Shown here in pieces: positions 18,636 through 28,538 of a DNA stretch of 32,000 nt (the stretch's first letter is position 1; each line of letters opens with the position of its first letter). The position numbers and the translations under genes were made by a program. Source of the stretch: Archaeoglobus fulgidus DSM 4304 (GTDB lineage Archaea; Halobacteriota; Archaeoglobi; Archaeoglobales; Archaeoglobaceae); assembly GCF_000008665.1 (NCBI RefSeq), contig NC_000917.1, positions 1 through 32,000 of the forward strand, read 5' to 3'. The notes below the pieces were generated by a model. That model had not been told where the DNA came from, did not search any database, and was given only the letters and a program-made list of their open reading frames with translations.

Positions 18636-19283
18636 ATGGAGTCTTTTGAAAAGCTCCCCTGGCCGTATGAAAGGCTTGACCCGCAAAAAATTGCGGACAG
18701 GGCATACGAGAGCGCTTTTGAAGGATACTGCATGTATGGTCTTGTGAACGCCGTCGTCGAGGGGCTTTCGGAGAGTGTCGGTGAGCCTTGGAAGAGCTTC
18801 CCATCGAAAGTTACCTTCTACGGGCGTGGGGGAGTTATAGGATGGGGGTCAACCTGCGGACCGCTGAACGGAGCCGCGTTGATCAGCTACCTTGTTCTTG
18901 AGCAGACGGATGCTGATGAGGTGATAAACGAGCTCTACATGTGGTACTCCACCACACCGCTGCCCAGCTACACTCCGAAGGAGGCTCTGATTCTCGACAT
19001 TGAGAACAGGCCCGTAATCTCCGCCGCTCCGCTCTGCTACACCAGGTCGATGAACTTCAGCCTAAATACCGGCTACAAGGTTCTCTCGCCAGAGTTCTTC
19101 GAGCTTGAGAACAGGGTTGTTGCCGATGTGGCGAAAAAATTCGTAGAACTCCTTAACGCAAAGTTCGACGGCTCTTTCAGGCTAAGCTTTGAGGTTACGG
19201 AGCTGAAAGGCTCTGCGAACGTTTTGAGGGCTGCGGAGTTCGTAATGTACCGCTCCCTCCCTCAGCTTGAGATTCCGAAGTAG
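18636..19283 (+). CDS. C_GCAxxG_C_C-type family protein, possibly redox-related, function unknown
   Basis: 215 aa with GYCMYGLVNAVVEGL, GRGGVIGWGSTCGPLNGAALISYLV and a later conserved cysteine (SAAPLCYT). Confidence 0.5.
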   Translation: MESFEKLPWPYERLDPQKIADRAYESAFEGYCMYGLVNAVVEGLSESVGEPWKSFPSKVTFYGRGGVIGWGSTCGPLNGAALISYLVLEQTDADEVINELYMWYSTTPLPSYTPKEALILDIENRPVISAAPLCYTRSMNFSLNTGYKVLSPEFFELENRVVADVAKKFVELLNAKFDGSFRLSFEVTELKGSANVLRAAEFVMYRSLPQLEIPK

Positions 19284-19289
19284 GAGGTG

Positions 19290-21272
19290 ATGGTTTTGGA
19301 GATAAGGAACGTTGCCGTTATAGGCGCCGGCTCGATGGGGCATGCAATTGCCGAGGTTGTTGCAATACACGGATTCAACGTGAAACTGATGGACGTGAGC
19401 GAGGATCAGCTGAAGAGGGCGATGGAAAAAATTGAGGAGGGGCTCAGGAAGAGCTACGAGAGAGGCTACATTTCAGAAGATCCTGAAAAGGTGCTGAAAA
19501 GAATTGAGGCCACAGCTGATCTAATAGAGGTTGCAAAGGATGCGGACCTCGTCATCGAAGCAATTCCGGAGATATTCGACCTCAAAAAGAAGGTTTTCAG
19601 CGAGATAGAGCAGTACTGCCCTGACCACACAATATTCGCCACCAACACATCCTCTCTGAGCATAACGAAGCTCGCCGAAGCCACCAAGAGACCGGAGAAG
19701 TTTATAGGAATGCACTTCTTCAACCCTCCTAAGATTCTGAAGCTCCTCGAAATAGTGTGGGGAGAGAAGACGAGCGAGGAAACAATAAGGATTGTGGAGG
19801 ACTTTGCAAGAAAAATCGACAGAATAATCATACACGTCAGGAAGGACGTTCCGGGATTCATTGTAAACAGAATCTTCGTCACGATGTCCAACGAGGCTTC
19901 TTGGGCTGTTGAGATGGGTGAGGGAACAATCGAGGAGATCGACTCGGCGGTCAAGTACAGACTCGGCCTTCCCATGGGACTTTTCGAGCTTCACGACGTT
20001 CTTGGTGGGGGCAGCGTTGATGTGAGCTACCACGTCCTTGAGTACTACCGCCAGACTCTTGGAGAATCATACCGCCCGTCTCCACTATTCGAGAGGCTTT
20101 TCAAGGCCGGCCATTACGGAAAGAAAACCGGTAAGGGCTTCTACGACTGGAGCGAGGGTAAAACAAATGAAGTTCCCCTGAGGGCGGGAGCAAACTTCGA
20201 TTTGCTCAGGCTCGTTGCTCCAGCAGTAAACGAGGCGGCATGGCTGATAGAGAAGGGCGTTGCGAGTGCGGAGGAGATAGACCTCGCCGTTCTGCACGGG
20301 CTAAACTATCCGAGGGGATTGCTGAGGATGGCAGATGATTTCGGCATAGACAGCATCGTGAAGAAGCTGAATGAGCTTTACGAAAAGTACAACGGGGAGG
20401 AGAGGTACAAAGTCAATCCGGTTCTGCAGAAAATGGTTGAAGAGGGGAAGCTTGGCAGGACGACTGGCGAGGGATTCTACAAGTATGGTGACGGCAACTA
20501 CGAGTTCGTAAAGGTTGAGAAGGAAGGGAAAGTAGGGGTTCTGAAGCTCAACAGACCGAGGAGAGCCAACGCGCTCAATCCAACCTTCCTGAAGGAGGTG
20601 GAGGACGCTCTTGACCTGCTGGAAAGAGATGAGGAGGTCAGGGCAATCGTGATTGCTGGAGAGGGTAAGAACTTCTGCGCAGGAGCGGACATAGCGATGT
20701 TCGCTTCAGGAAGACCTGAGATGGTCACGGAGTTCAGCCAGCTCGGACATAAAGTATTCAGGAAGATTGAGATGCTCTCCAAGCCCGTAATCGCCGCAAT
20801 TCACGGTGCTGCGGTTGGTGGGGGATTTGAGCTGGCGATGGCTTGCGACCTAAGGGTGATGAGCGAAAGGGCGTTTCTCGGCTTACCGGAGCTTAACCTC
20901 GGAATCATTCCGGGGTGGGGAGGAACGCAGAGGCTGGCCTACTACGTCGGAGTTTCGAAGCTGAAAGAGGTCATTATGCTGAAGAGGAACATAAAGCCTG
21001 AGGAGGCGAAGAACCTCGGTCTGGTTGCCGAGGTCTTCCCGCAGGAAAGATTCTGGGATGAAGTGATGAAACTCGCCAGGGAGGTTGCGGAGCTGCCGCC
21101 GCTTGCAGTGAAGTACCTCAAGAAGGTAATAGCTCTCGGCACGATGCCGGCACTTGAGACGGGCAACCTTGCCGAGTCGGAAGCTGGTGCGGTCATTGCC
21201 CTGACAGACGACGTTGCTGAGGGAATACAGGCCTTTAACTACCGCAGAAAGCCTAATTTCAGGGGGAGGTGA
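19290..21272 (+). CDS. 3-hydroxyacyl-CoA dehydrogenase / enoyl-CoA hydratase fusion protein
   Basis: N-terminal Rossmann motif VAVIGAGSMGHAIAE, HAD signature MHFFNPP, crotonase motifs AAIHGAAVGGGFELAMACD and GLPELNLGIIPGWGGTQRL. The start may be ATG 19290 or TTG 19296. Confidence 0.95.
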   Translation: MVLEIRNVAVIGAGSMGHAIAEVVAIHGFNVKLMDVSEDQLKRAMEKIEEGLRKSYERGYISEDPEKVLKRIEATADLIEVAKDADLVIEAIPEIFDLKKKVFSEIEQYCPDHTIFATNTSSLSITKLAEATKRPEKFIGMHFFNPPKILKLLEIVWGEKTSEETIRIVEDFARKIDRIIIHVRKDVPGFIVNRIFVTMSNEASWAVEMGEGTIEEIDSAVKYRLGLPMGLFELHDVLGGGSVDVSYHVLEYYRQTLGESYRPSPLFERLFKAGHYGKKTGKGFYDWSEGKTNEVPLRAGANFDLLRLVAPAVNEAAWLIEKGVASAEEIDLAVLHGLNYPRGLLRMADDFGIDSIVKKLNELYEKYNGEERYKVNPVLQKMVEEGKLGRTTGEGFYKYGDGNYEFVKVEKEGKVGVLKLNRPRRANALNPTFLKEVEDALDLLERDEEVRAIVIAGEGKNFCAGADIAMFASGRPEMVTEFSQLGHKVFRKIEMLSKPVIAAIHGAAVGGGFELAMACDLRVMSERAFLGLPELNLGIIPGWGGTQRLAYYVGVSKLKEVIMLKRNIKPEEAKNLGLVAEVFPQERFWDEVMKLAREVAELPPLAVKYLKKVIALGTMPALETGNLAESEAGAVIALTDDVAEGIQAFNYRRKPNFRGR

Positions 21273-21276
21273 GATT

Positions 21277-22470
21277 TTGAGGAATGTTGCAATAGTGGGA
21301 GCAGGGATAACGAACTTTGGCAGAAGGGAGGCAAGCTGGAAGGACCTTGTGGTTGAGGCTGGCAAAGCGCTGTTCGACGACGTTCCGAACCTCGACAAAA
21401 AAGACGTTGATTCATTTTTCATAGGTGCAGCCCAGCCCGAAAGGTGGACATACCAGACTCACGTCGCGCCGCTTGCTGCTGAGCTGCTCGGAATAAAGCC
21501 GAGGAGAGTTGTTGCCAGAACCGAATCAGCCTGCGCGAGCGGTCAGATTGCAATAAGGTACGCATGGCTCGCAGTCGCTTCTGGGCTGAGTGACGTTGCC
21601 GTGGTAGTCGGGGTTGAGAAGATGAACACCAAGTTCATGAATCTAAGCCAGACCAGCATGATGAACGTCGGAAACAGGGAGTTCGATACTGCAATGGGTC
21701 TGACGGCCCCACCATACTTCGCAATGGTCGCCCAGAGGCACATGCACCTCTACGGCACGACTGAGGATCAGATGGCTTTGGTAAGGGAGAAGGCTGGAGA
21801 GTATGCTTCGGCCAATCCCTACGCACAGTTTCAGAAAAAAATCAGCAAGGAGGACGTTCTTAACAGCAGGATGGTTGCCCCGCCTCTCAAGCTCCTCGAC
21901 TGCAGCGGAATTACCGACGGTGCTGCTGCTCTGCTCATAACCACCGAGGAGAAAGCGAGAAAGTTCACCGACACGCCCGTATGGATTCTCGGAGGGATTC
22001 AGAGAACGATGGCCAACTCAATCAACGAGATGGGTGAGATGAGCGACTGGCTGTCGCTGCGATACCTGGCGAAGGACGTTTACGATCTCTTCAACATCAC
22101 TCCCGACGACATAGACGTTGCAGAGGTGCACGACTGCTTCACCATCAGCGAAATCATGGAGTACGAGGAGCTCGGATTCTGCAAGAAAGGAGAGGGCGGA
22201 AAGTTCATTGAAGAGGGGCAGAGCTACATCGGGGGAAAGGTGGCGGTGAATCCCAGCGGAGGACTGCTGGCCAACGGCCATCCTCTCGGCGCCACGGGAG
22301 TGAGGCAGGCGTGGGAGATGGTCATGCAGTTCAGAGGAGAGGTGCCTGATAAGAGATACGTCAGCGGTGCGGAGCTTGGCCTTGCCCACAACCTCAGCGG
22401 AATGGCGCAGTTCCACCACATAATGCTGTACAGCCTGAACAGGCCGAGAGAGGTTAAGTTCGGGAGGTGA
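21277..22470 (+). CDS. Thiolase-family (SCPx-type acetyl-CoA acetyltransferase) protein
   Basis: MRNVAIVGAGITNFGRREASW; ARTESACASGQIAIRYAW around the probable active cysteine; EVHDCFTISEI; NPSGGLLANGHPLGATG. TTG start at 21277 after GGGAGGTG. Confidence 0.93.
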   Translation: MRNVAIVGAGITNFGRREASWKDLVVEAGKALFDDVPNLDKKDVDSFFIGAAQPERWTYQTHVAPLAAELLGIKPRRVVARTESACASGQIAIRYAWLAVASGLSDVAVVVGVEKMNTKFMNLSQTSMMNVGNREFDTAMGLTAPPYFAMVAQRHMHLYGTTEDQMALVREKAGEYASANPYAQFQKKISKEDVLNSRMVAPPLKLLDCSGITDGAAALLITTEEKARKFTDTPVWILGGIQRTMANSINEMGEMSDWLSLRYLAKDVYDLFNITPDDIDVAEVHDCFTISEIMEYEELGFCKKGEGGKFIEEGQSYIGGKVAVNPSGGLLANGHPLGATGVRQAWEMVMQFRGEVPDKRYVSGAELGLAHNLSGMAQFHHIMLYSLNRPREVKFGR

Positions 22471-22474
22471 TAGG

Positions 22475-22957
22475 GTGAAGGAGCTAACAGTTCCTGACAC
22501 AACTCCCCTGCTGCCCATCGTTGACCCCTTCGAGCAGCAGGATTCTGAAGGTCCCGACTCGACAAAGGTTTACCCCTTCTACAGGAACCTCGCTGAGGGG
22601 AAGCTCACCATGCAGCGCTGCAAGAGCTGTGGCAGAATCTTCTATCCACCTCAGGCAATGTGCAAGCACTGCAACAGCACCGATTACGAGTGGGTAGAGG
22701 TGCCGAAGAGGGGTAAAATCCACGCCTTCAGCGCTCTGCTGCTTGGATTTCCGATGGTAATTGAGGAGTTCGCTCCTTTCGTAATTGCAGTGGCGAGGTT
22801 TGGGGACTATCCTGAAAACGGAGTGCAGATTGTCGGAGCCATGTTCGACGTTGATTACAGCGAGCTGAGCATCGGCGACGAAGTTGAGTGGGAAATTCTC
22901 AAGATAAAAGGGCCTGGAGATAAGGTCAGATACTGGTACCACTTCAGGAAGGTGTAA
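22475..22957 (+). CDS. Zn-ribbon + OB-fold (DUF35-type) protein paired with the thiolase
   Basis: 160 aa. CKSCGRIFYPPQAMCKHCNSTDYEWVEVPKRGKIHAFSALL is the DUF35 signature, and the gene follows the thiolase by 4 nt. Confidence 0.92.
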   Translation: MKELTVPDTTPLLPIVDPFEQQDSEGPDSTKVYPFYRNLAEGKLTMQRCKSCGRIFYPPQAMCKHCNSTDYEWVEVPKRGKIHAFSALLLGFPMVIEEFAPFVIAVARFGDYPENGVQIVGAMFDVDYSELSIGDEVEWEILKIKGPGDKVRYWYHFRKV

Positions 22958-22959
22958 CA

Positions 22960-24222
22960 ATGCCCAATTTTTTCACTCCTGAGTTCGGGCCGCTGAGAGG
23001 TGTCAGAGTTATAACAACGGGAAGCATCATAGCCGGCCCCACCGCAGGTACAATTCTTGCCGACCTCGGTGCGGAGGTCATTCATGTGGAGAGGCCAAAA
23101 GTTGGCGACACGCTAAGAGTTGTGCCACCTTACTTTGAAGCGGACGGCAAAAGGATTGGCGGCGAGTTCGTATGCGTTACGAGAAACAAGCTCAGCGTTG
23201 CACTCGACATAAAAAGCGAGGAAGGAAGGAAAATATTCTACGAGCTGCTGAAGCATGCGGACATCTTCATCGAAAACCTCGTATGGCTTGAGGAGAGGTA
23301 CGGCATTACGGACAAGGATATGCTCGAAGCAAATCCGAGGCTCGTTATAGTCCACGTCAGCGGTTTTGGGAGGTCTGAGTTTGGAGGGGAGGATGAGAAG
23401 TGCGGGAGGGGAAGCTACGACATAATCTCCCAGGCTTACTCAGGCTGGTGCAAGCTTGCAGCCCCTCCCGGGATGGAGGTTCACAGGCTCCCTCTCTACA
23501 TTGGAGACTACGTCACGGCCCTCTTTGGAGTAATAGGGGCTTTGTCTGCCTACGTTTACGCAAAGGAGACAGGTAGGGGACAGGTTGTGGACGTTGCACA
23601 GTTCGAGGCGATTGCGAGAGTTATAGAGATGTATTACACGATGTACCACAACCTCGGAATAAACAGGGAGGGAGAGGGGCTGAGGGTTTTCAACACACAG
23701 CCTTACGGACTGTACAGGGTGAAGGACGGCTGGATAGCCATAGGTGCTATTGGGCCGGGGCTCTATCAGAGGTTCATTCAGGCTCTGGCCAAGGCCACGG
23801 GAATAAATCCTGCCGACTATCCCTACGAGGAGTGCGCAGCATCGCCAGAGGCTGTTAACAGCGAGAAGGGAAGGGAGCTTGACAGAATATTCAACGAGTA
23901 CCTGATGAGCCACACCAAGGAGGAGGTTGAAAAGCTTTTCAACGCCTTCAGAGTGCCGTGTTCGAGGGTTTCGACGCCTGAGGATGTCGTCAGGGACAGG
24001 CACTGGATAGAGAGAGGAGATATAATCGAGGTTCTGGACGAAACCACCGGAAGGCTGGTGAAGCAGGTCGGAATAGTGCCCAAGTTCTCCGAAACTCCCG
24101 GCAGAATCTGGCGCGGCCCCCCTAAGCTTGGTTCTGACACCAAAAAAGTCCTGAAAGGTTTGCTGAATCTGTCCGATGAGCAAATTGACGAACTGAAGGC
24201 GAAGGGAGTTGTCGATTTTTGA
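22960..24222 (+). CDS. CaiB/BaiF family CoA-transferase
   Basis: LRGVRVITTGSIIAGPTAGTILADLGAEVIHVERPKVGD; TRNKLSVALDIKSEEGRKIFYELLKHADIFIEN. Confidence 0.94.
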   Translation: MPNFFTPEFGPLRGVRVITTGSIIAGPTAGTILADLGAEVIHVERPKVGDTLRVVPPYFEADGKRIGGEFVCVTRNKLSVALDIKSEEGRKIFYELLKHADIFIENLVWLEERYGITDKDMLEANPRLVIVHVSGFGRSEFGGEDEKCGRGSYDIISQAYSGWCKLAAPPGMEVHRLPLYIGDYVTALFGVIGALSAYVYAKETGRGQVVDVAQFEAIARVIEMYYTMYHNLGINREGEGLRVFNTQPYGLYRVKDGWIAIGAIGPGLYQRFIQALAKATGINPADYPYEECAASPEAVNSEKGRELDRIFNEYLMSHTKEEVEKLFNAFRVPCSRVSTPEDVVRDRHWIERGDIIEVLDETTGRLVKQVGIVPKFSETPGRIWRGPPKLGSDTKKVLKGLLNLSDEQIDELKAKGVVDF

Positions 24223-24260
24223 GGAAAACTTCTTAAATTTTGCACCACAATCTTTTGTTT

Positions 24261-25232
24261 ATGGATGAATCCTTCGGGCTCCTGCTGGAGAGCATGCCGG
24301 AGGCAGTTGTTGTGGTAAACCGGGAAGGAGAGATTACCTACTGCAACTCGAAGGCAAGAAGAATCCTTGGAAAAGATGTTGTTTCATTGAAAGTCTGGGA
24401 AATTGAGGGACTTGAAAGTGGAGAAAAAATGCGAGATTTCATCAAAAGTCTGGCGAGCGGAAGGTACACCAAAAAAAGAGAAGTTTTTGAGTTCACCGCC
24501 GGCAGGAAGATATTTTACCTCTCAATCTACGCAACAGAGCTTCTTGACGGCTCAGGATTCATACTCACATTCAGAGACATAACCCCAATCGTTGAGTCGA
24601 GCAGAAGAATTGAGGAGCTAAACGATGTGCTGAGGCTCATCAACAAGCTGCTCAGGCACGACATTCTCAACAAGGTGACCATTGCGAGGGCAAACATAGA
24701 AATTCTGTCTGATGAAATAAAATCTGAAAGAATTCCGGTGGCTCTGGAGGCTCTGGATGAGGTGGTTGAGCTTATCGAAAGGGCGAGAGCCTTCGAGCAA
24801 ACGCTGACCAGCGGAGAACTCGTCGAAATCAGGCTGGGAGATGTCGTTAAAGAGGTGGCGGAGGATTTCAGCGTGAGGGGTTTGAAGGTTAGAGTCGAGG
24901 GTGACGCCACCGTTCTCGCGGACAAGGCGATATACTCGGTCCTTACAAACCTCCTTGAGAACTCGCTGAAGCACGGAAAAAGCACGGAGGTTGAGATAAG
25001 GGTGGAAAAGAGGGGAAATTTTGCTGTTATGGTGGTGAGGGACGACGGCAAAGGCCTGCCTGAAGAGGTAATCGACAGGATTTTCGAGGAGGGTTTCACC
25101 CACGGGGACTCGGCAGGAAGTGGTCTTGGACTCTACATCGTGAAGAAGGTAATAGAGAGGTACGGAGGAGAGGTAAGAGCCTGCAACGATGGCGGAGCTG
25201 TTTTCGAAATAAAATTGAAGTTAGCCACCTGA
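24261..25232 (+). CDS. PAS-domain sensor histidine kinase (likely cytosolic)
   Basis: PAS-like LLLESMPEAVVVVNREGEITYCNSKARRILGKD; H-box LLRHDILNKVTIARANIEIL; N-box NLLENSLKHG; G boxes DDGKGLP and GSGLGLYIVKKVI. Confidence 0.9.
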   Translation: MDESFGLLLESMPEAVVVVNREGEITYCNSKARRILGKDVVSLKVWEIEGLESGEKMRDFIKSLASGRYTKKREVFEFTAGRKIFYLSIYATELLDGSGFILTFRDITPIVESSRRIEELNDVLRLINKLLRHDILNKVTIARANIEILSDEIKSERIPVALEALDEVVELIERARAFEQTLTSGELVEIRLGDVVKEVAEDFSVRGLKVRVEGDATVLADKAIYSVLTNLLENSLKHGKSTEVEIRVEKRGNFAVMVVRDDGKGLPEEVIDRIFEEGFTHGDSAGSGLGLYIVKKVIERYGGEVRACNDGGAVFEIKLKLAT

Positions 25233-25496
25233 AATAGGAGTTATGAAGATTAGCGCATCACCGTCGTTAAGAACTCTGTTCTTCTCCTTCTGATAATCCA
25301 CAAGACTGTTGTTCATCATTATCCTGACGTTTCCCCTCTCCAGCAGGGGCTCTATTTCAGCACTCAGCATCTCCTCAACAGCCCTAACAGCATCTCCGAG
25401 CGTGCTGCCTTCTCCAAGGTCAAGATGGAAGCTCCTGCTCTCGTAATCGACAAGGCTCCTGAACTGAACCGCCGAGAGCGTGACCTTAACCTTCAT
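25221..25496 (-). CDS. MoaD/ThiS-like beta-grasp protein
   Basis: 91 aa. VKVTLSAVQFRSLVD...NDGDALIFITPISGG ends in the GG tail typical of MoaD/ThiS. Converges with the kinase gene, 12 nt overlap. Confidence 0.85.
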   Translation of the reverse strand: MKVKVTLSAVQFRSLVDYESRSFHLDLGEGSTLGDAVRAVEEMLSAEIEPLLERGNVRIMMNNSLVDYQKEKNRVLNDGDALIFITPISGG

Positions 25497-25502
25497 AAAA
25501 AA

Positions 25503-27281
25503 TTAGGAAAATTCGGTTAGGCCGAGATCCTCAAGCTTCTCCTTCGTGGGATGGCCATTATCGTCAAGTCCCCTGAGTCTGTAGTATATTTCAAGCATCC
25601 TTTTGACATTGGGCGAGTATCCTCCCGTCCCACCTTTCTTCAGAGGTCTCCTGACTATTTCCGGCAGCTTCTCGTCCTCTTTCTTCATTCCGAGCTTCAG
25701 ATTTATCATTCTCTTCAGCATGTAAGTCCTCTCACCGATTTTTGCCACGTCGCTGGGCGTTACGCTCTCCCCGGTTATGGCGGAGTGGAAGTTTGCAGCA
25801 TCGCTTACCCCTATCAGGCCGAGCATGCAGAGTATGTAGCTGTTCCACATCTCCTTGGCGCTCTGGTGAATTACGTGCATCCTAACCTTCTCCTCGCTTT
25901 CGTCGAATCTGTTTGTCGGGATAACTCCAAGCTCCGGAACAGGAGCGGCGCCGATGTCCACCGTGAAGTAATCGGAGTGGAGGTGGCACGCTCCTCTGGA
26001 GGAGGTGGCGTAGGTCAGCGCCATTCCGCTGAAGGCCCTCGGGTCGTGCATGGGAATCTCCAAACCCTTCACCTGTGCGGTCTCCTCCTCGCTCACACCG
26101 AGCTTTTTCGCCGCAACCTTTGTTCCCTCCGCCAGCAACTCTCCAAGCCCCTCTCTACCCACGATTTTCTTCAGCATCTCAAGAAGCCCCTCAGCATCTC
26201 CGAACCTCACACCGTCTTTAAGCAGGCCCTTTTCAGTCAGGTACATGGCAAAGGCAACGCTGACTCCGGCTGAGATGACGTCCAGTCCTGCCTCGTTGCA
26301 GTACTGCGTAGCATCGAGTACTCCGTCAAGATCGTAGATTCCGCAGAGTGATCCGAGAGACGCAACGCTCTCGTACTCCATCTTTACCCCTCTAACTCTG
26401 TGACCGCAGATGACGGGGCAGTTGGCACAGCCCTCTGGCTTTACCTCGTAGTTTTCAAGCATCGCCTCTCCGGAAATCCTGAATACCGGGAATACGCCCT
26501 CGGTGAAGTACTTTGCTGGCGTGTCGCCAAGCTCGTATCCCTGTGTTGTGTACATCAGCGTTCCGTAAGTGTGCCAGAGCTCCTTGCCGGGATTTGCAGC
26601 AACGCTTTCCAGCAGTGCAGAGTAGTGCTCCTTGAGCTTAGCCTCGTCAGCAACATCCGGTAGGCCAACCTCGCCAACAACTGCAATCGCCTTCAGGTTT
26701 TTGCTGCCCATGACCGCTCCCATTCCCGTTCTCCCTGCAGCCCTGTGAGAATCGTTGATGATGCACGCATACTTGACGAGGTTCTCCCCAGCCGGCCCTA
26801 TGCACGCAATCCTTGCCTTTTTGTCTGTTTCGTTCTGGACGATTTCAATTGTTTTGCTCGTGCTCTTGCCCCAGATATCCCCGGCGTCCCTGAACTCAAC
26901 CTTTCCATCGGACACGAAAAGGTAGGTGGGCTTTTCAGCCCTGCCCGTCAGTATTATTCCGTCAATTCCCGCCTTTTTCATACTCACGGCGAAGAAACCT
27001 CCAGATGTTGACTCGCCCCACAGCCCAGTCAGCGGTGATTTGCCCACAATGACGTGCCTTCCAGAAAATGGAGTCTGGCCGGTAAACATTCCGGTCAGGA
27101 AAGCCAGCGGTGCTTCGGGCGAGAGCGGGTCGAGGTCTGCGGTGAGTCTGCTGTAGAGCATCGCCGCACCAAGTCCCGCCCCACCGACGAACTTCTTTAT
27201 CATCTCCTCTGTAACCTCTATCTCGCTAACGGTCGAGTTTGAAAGGTTCACTTCCAGAATTTTACCATGAAATCCCATCAT
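25503..27281 (-). CDS. aor: Tungsten-dependent aldehyde:ferredoxin oxidoreductase family protein
   Basis: MMGFHGKILEVNLSNSTVSEIEVTEE; GGAGLGAAMLY; TGRAGMGAVMGSKNLKAIAV; CANCPVICGHRV...C. The ORF track extends to a GTG at 27287; ATG 27281 is preferred. Confidence 0.95.
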   Translation of the reverse strand: MMGFHGKILEVNLSNSTVSEIEVTEEMIKKFVGGAGLGAAMLYSRLTADLDPLSPEAPLAFLTGMFTGQTPFSGRHVIVGKSPLTGLWGESTSGGFFAVSMKKAGIDGIILTGRAEKPTYLFVSDGKVEFRDAGDIWGKSTSKTIEIVQNETDKKARIACIGPAGENLVKYACIINDSHRAAGRTGMGAVMGSKNLKAIAVVGEVGLPDVADEAKLKEHYSALLESVAANPGKELWHTYGTLMYTTQGYELGDTPAKYFTEGVFPVFRISGEAMLENYEVKPEGCANCPVICGHRVRGVKMEYESVASLGSLCGIYDLDGVLDATQYCNEAGLDVISAGVSVAFAMYLTEKGLLKDGVRFGDAEGLLEMLKKIVGREGLGELLAEGTKVAAKKLGVSEEETAQVKGLEIPMHDPRAFSGMALTYATSSRGACHLHSDYFTVDIGAAPVPELGVIPTNRFDESEEKVRMHVIHQSAKEMWNSYILCMLGLIGVSDAANFHSAITGESVTPSDVAKIGERTYMLKRMINLKLGMKKEDEKLPEIVRRPLKKGGTGGYSPNVKRMLEIYYRLRGLDDNGHPTKEKLEDLGLTEFS

Positions 27282-27283
27282 AC

Positions 27284-28525
27284 TCACAACCTCCCATAAT
27301 ACATATCCATCAACAACTCCTTCGCCTCCTCAACAGTAAGCTGCCTCGGAGCGAAGGGCCCTGTTGGGTCTTTAACAACGTACTGTGCGAAGGTGTCGAG
27401 CTTCTCCTTGAAGTCATCCTCTTTTATGCCAAGGTCTCTCATAGTCGTTGGTGCCCCTATTTTCCTGTAGAAGTCCATGAAAATGTCTATGAGCTTTTTC
27501 AGCGTTTCTTCGTTGCTGCCTCCTCTCACGCCAAGCTCCTCGGCAAAGCTGAGGTACTTATCATCCACCTCCGCGTAGAACTTGATGACGTAGGGTATTG
27601 TAACCCCACACGCCATACCGTGGTGAACCTCGAAGAGCGCGCCTATGTTGTGCGCAACTGCGTGGGTCGTTCCTATTCCGCCGTTCGAAAAGGCTGAACC
27701 TGCAATCATGGCGGCAATCTGAGTTTTGAGCCTGATCTGCGGGTTGTCGGGGTACTTCAGGGCTAACGGGAGGTACTTGAAAACGAGCTTTGTCGCTCTC
27801 ACCGCCAGAGCGTCGGAAATTTCGTTGCTCGACCTGCAGAGGTAGCAGTCAACTGCATGCGACAGGGCATCCAGCCCCGTCCCAAGTGTGAGATTCGGAG
27901 GCATTTTCAAAACAAATCGCGGGTCGAGGACGGCGAAGTCAGGATAAAGCTCAGGATGCACAACACCCTCTTTCCTGTGCGGCTCCACAGTGTCATCTGT
28001 AATGACCGCAACGTTTGTTGCCTCGCTTCCCGTTCCGGCAGTTGTTGGGATGCACGCCAGAAACGCCTTTCTCCTCAGCCCGATCGGCTGCATCGCATCG
28101 ACGTTTGTCAGGTCTGTCTGCGGAGCCTCGTAGAGAATCCACGAGGCCTTCGCCATGTCCATAACGCTTCCACCACCAACTGCCACAATCAAGTCGGGCT
28201 GGAGGGCTTCCATTTTTTCTGCAGCGGGCTTTATCGAGCTCAACGGCACCTCAGGCTTCGCTTCGTCGAAAATCTCGACTTCAATGCCGACACCCTTAAG
28301 CATTTTTTGCACTGTCAGAGCAAGGGCTCTCACTCCCTTATCGGTGACTATGAAAGCCCTCCTTCTTCCGAACTGCACCATGGCTCCAGCAAACATCTGC
28401 AAACCGGCCAACCCGTAGAAGGTCTTCGGCATGATGAATGAGTTCAGCAGAAGCTTCGACTCTGGAACGCTGTAGGTCGTTATGATGGTTCTCAACTCAG
28501 GTCTGTCCATCGGCCATTCAGCCAT
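27284..28525 (-). CDS. Iron-containing alcohol dehydrogenase
   Basis: GGGSVMDMAK; TAGTGSEATN; DALSHAVDCYL; HGMACGVTIPYVIKF. The probable ATG is at 28525 (MAEWPMDRPE) with GGAGGTG upstream. Confidence 0.94.
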   Translation of the reverse strand: MAEWPMDRPELRTIITTYSVPESKLLLNSFIMPKTFYGLAGLQMFAGAMVQFGRRRAFIVTDKGVRALALTVQKMLKGVGIEVEIFDEAKPEVPLSSIKPAAEKMEALQPDLIVAVGGGSVMDMAKASWILYEAPQTDLTNVDAMQPIGLRRKAFLACIPTTAGTGSEATNVAVITDDTVEPHRKEGVVHPELYPDFAVLDPRFVLKMPPNLTLGTGLDALSHAVDCYLCRSSNEISDALAVRATKLVFKYLPLALKYPDNPQIRLKTQIAAMIAGSAFSNGGIGTTHAVAHNIGALFEVHHGMACGVTIPYVIKFYAEVDDKYLSFAEELGVRGGSNEETLKKLIDIFMDFYRKIGAPTTMRDLGIKEDDFKEKLDTFAQYVVKDPTGPFAPRQLTVEEAKELLMDMYYGRL

Positions 28526-28538
28526 ACACAACACCTCC

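Noticed and set aside
25551-26273. 240-aa plus-strand ORF
   Set aside because: Antisense to AOR, whose motifs are clear; no independent support.
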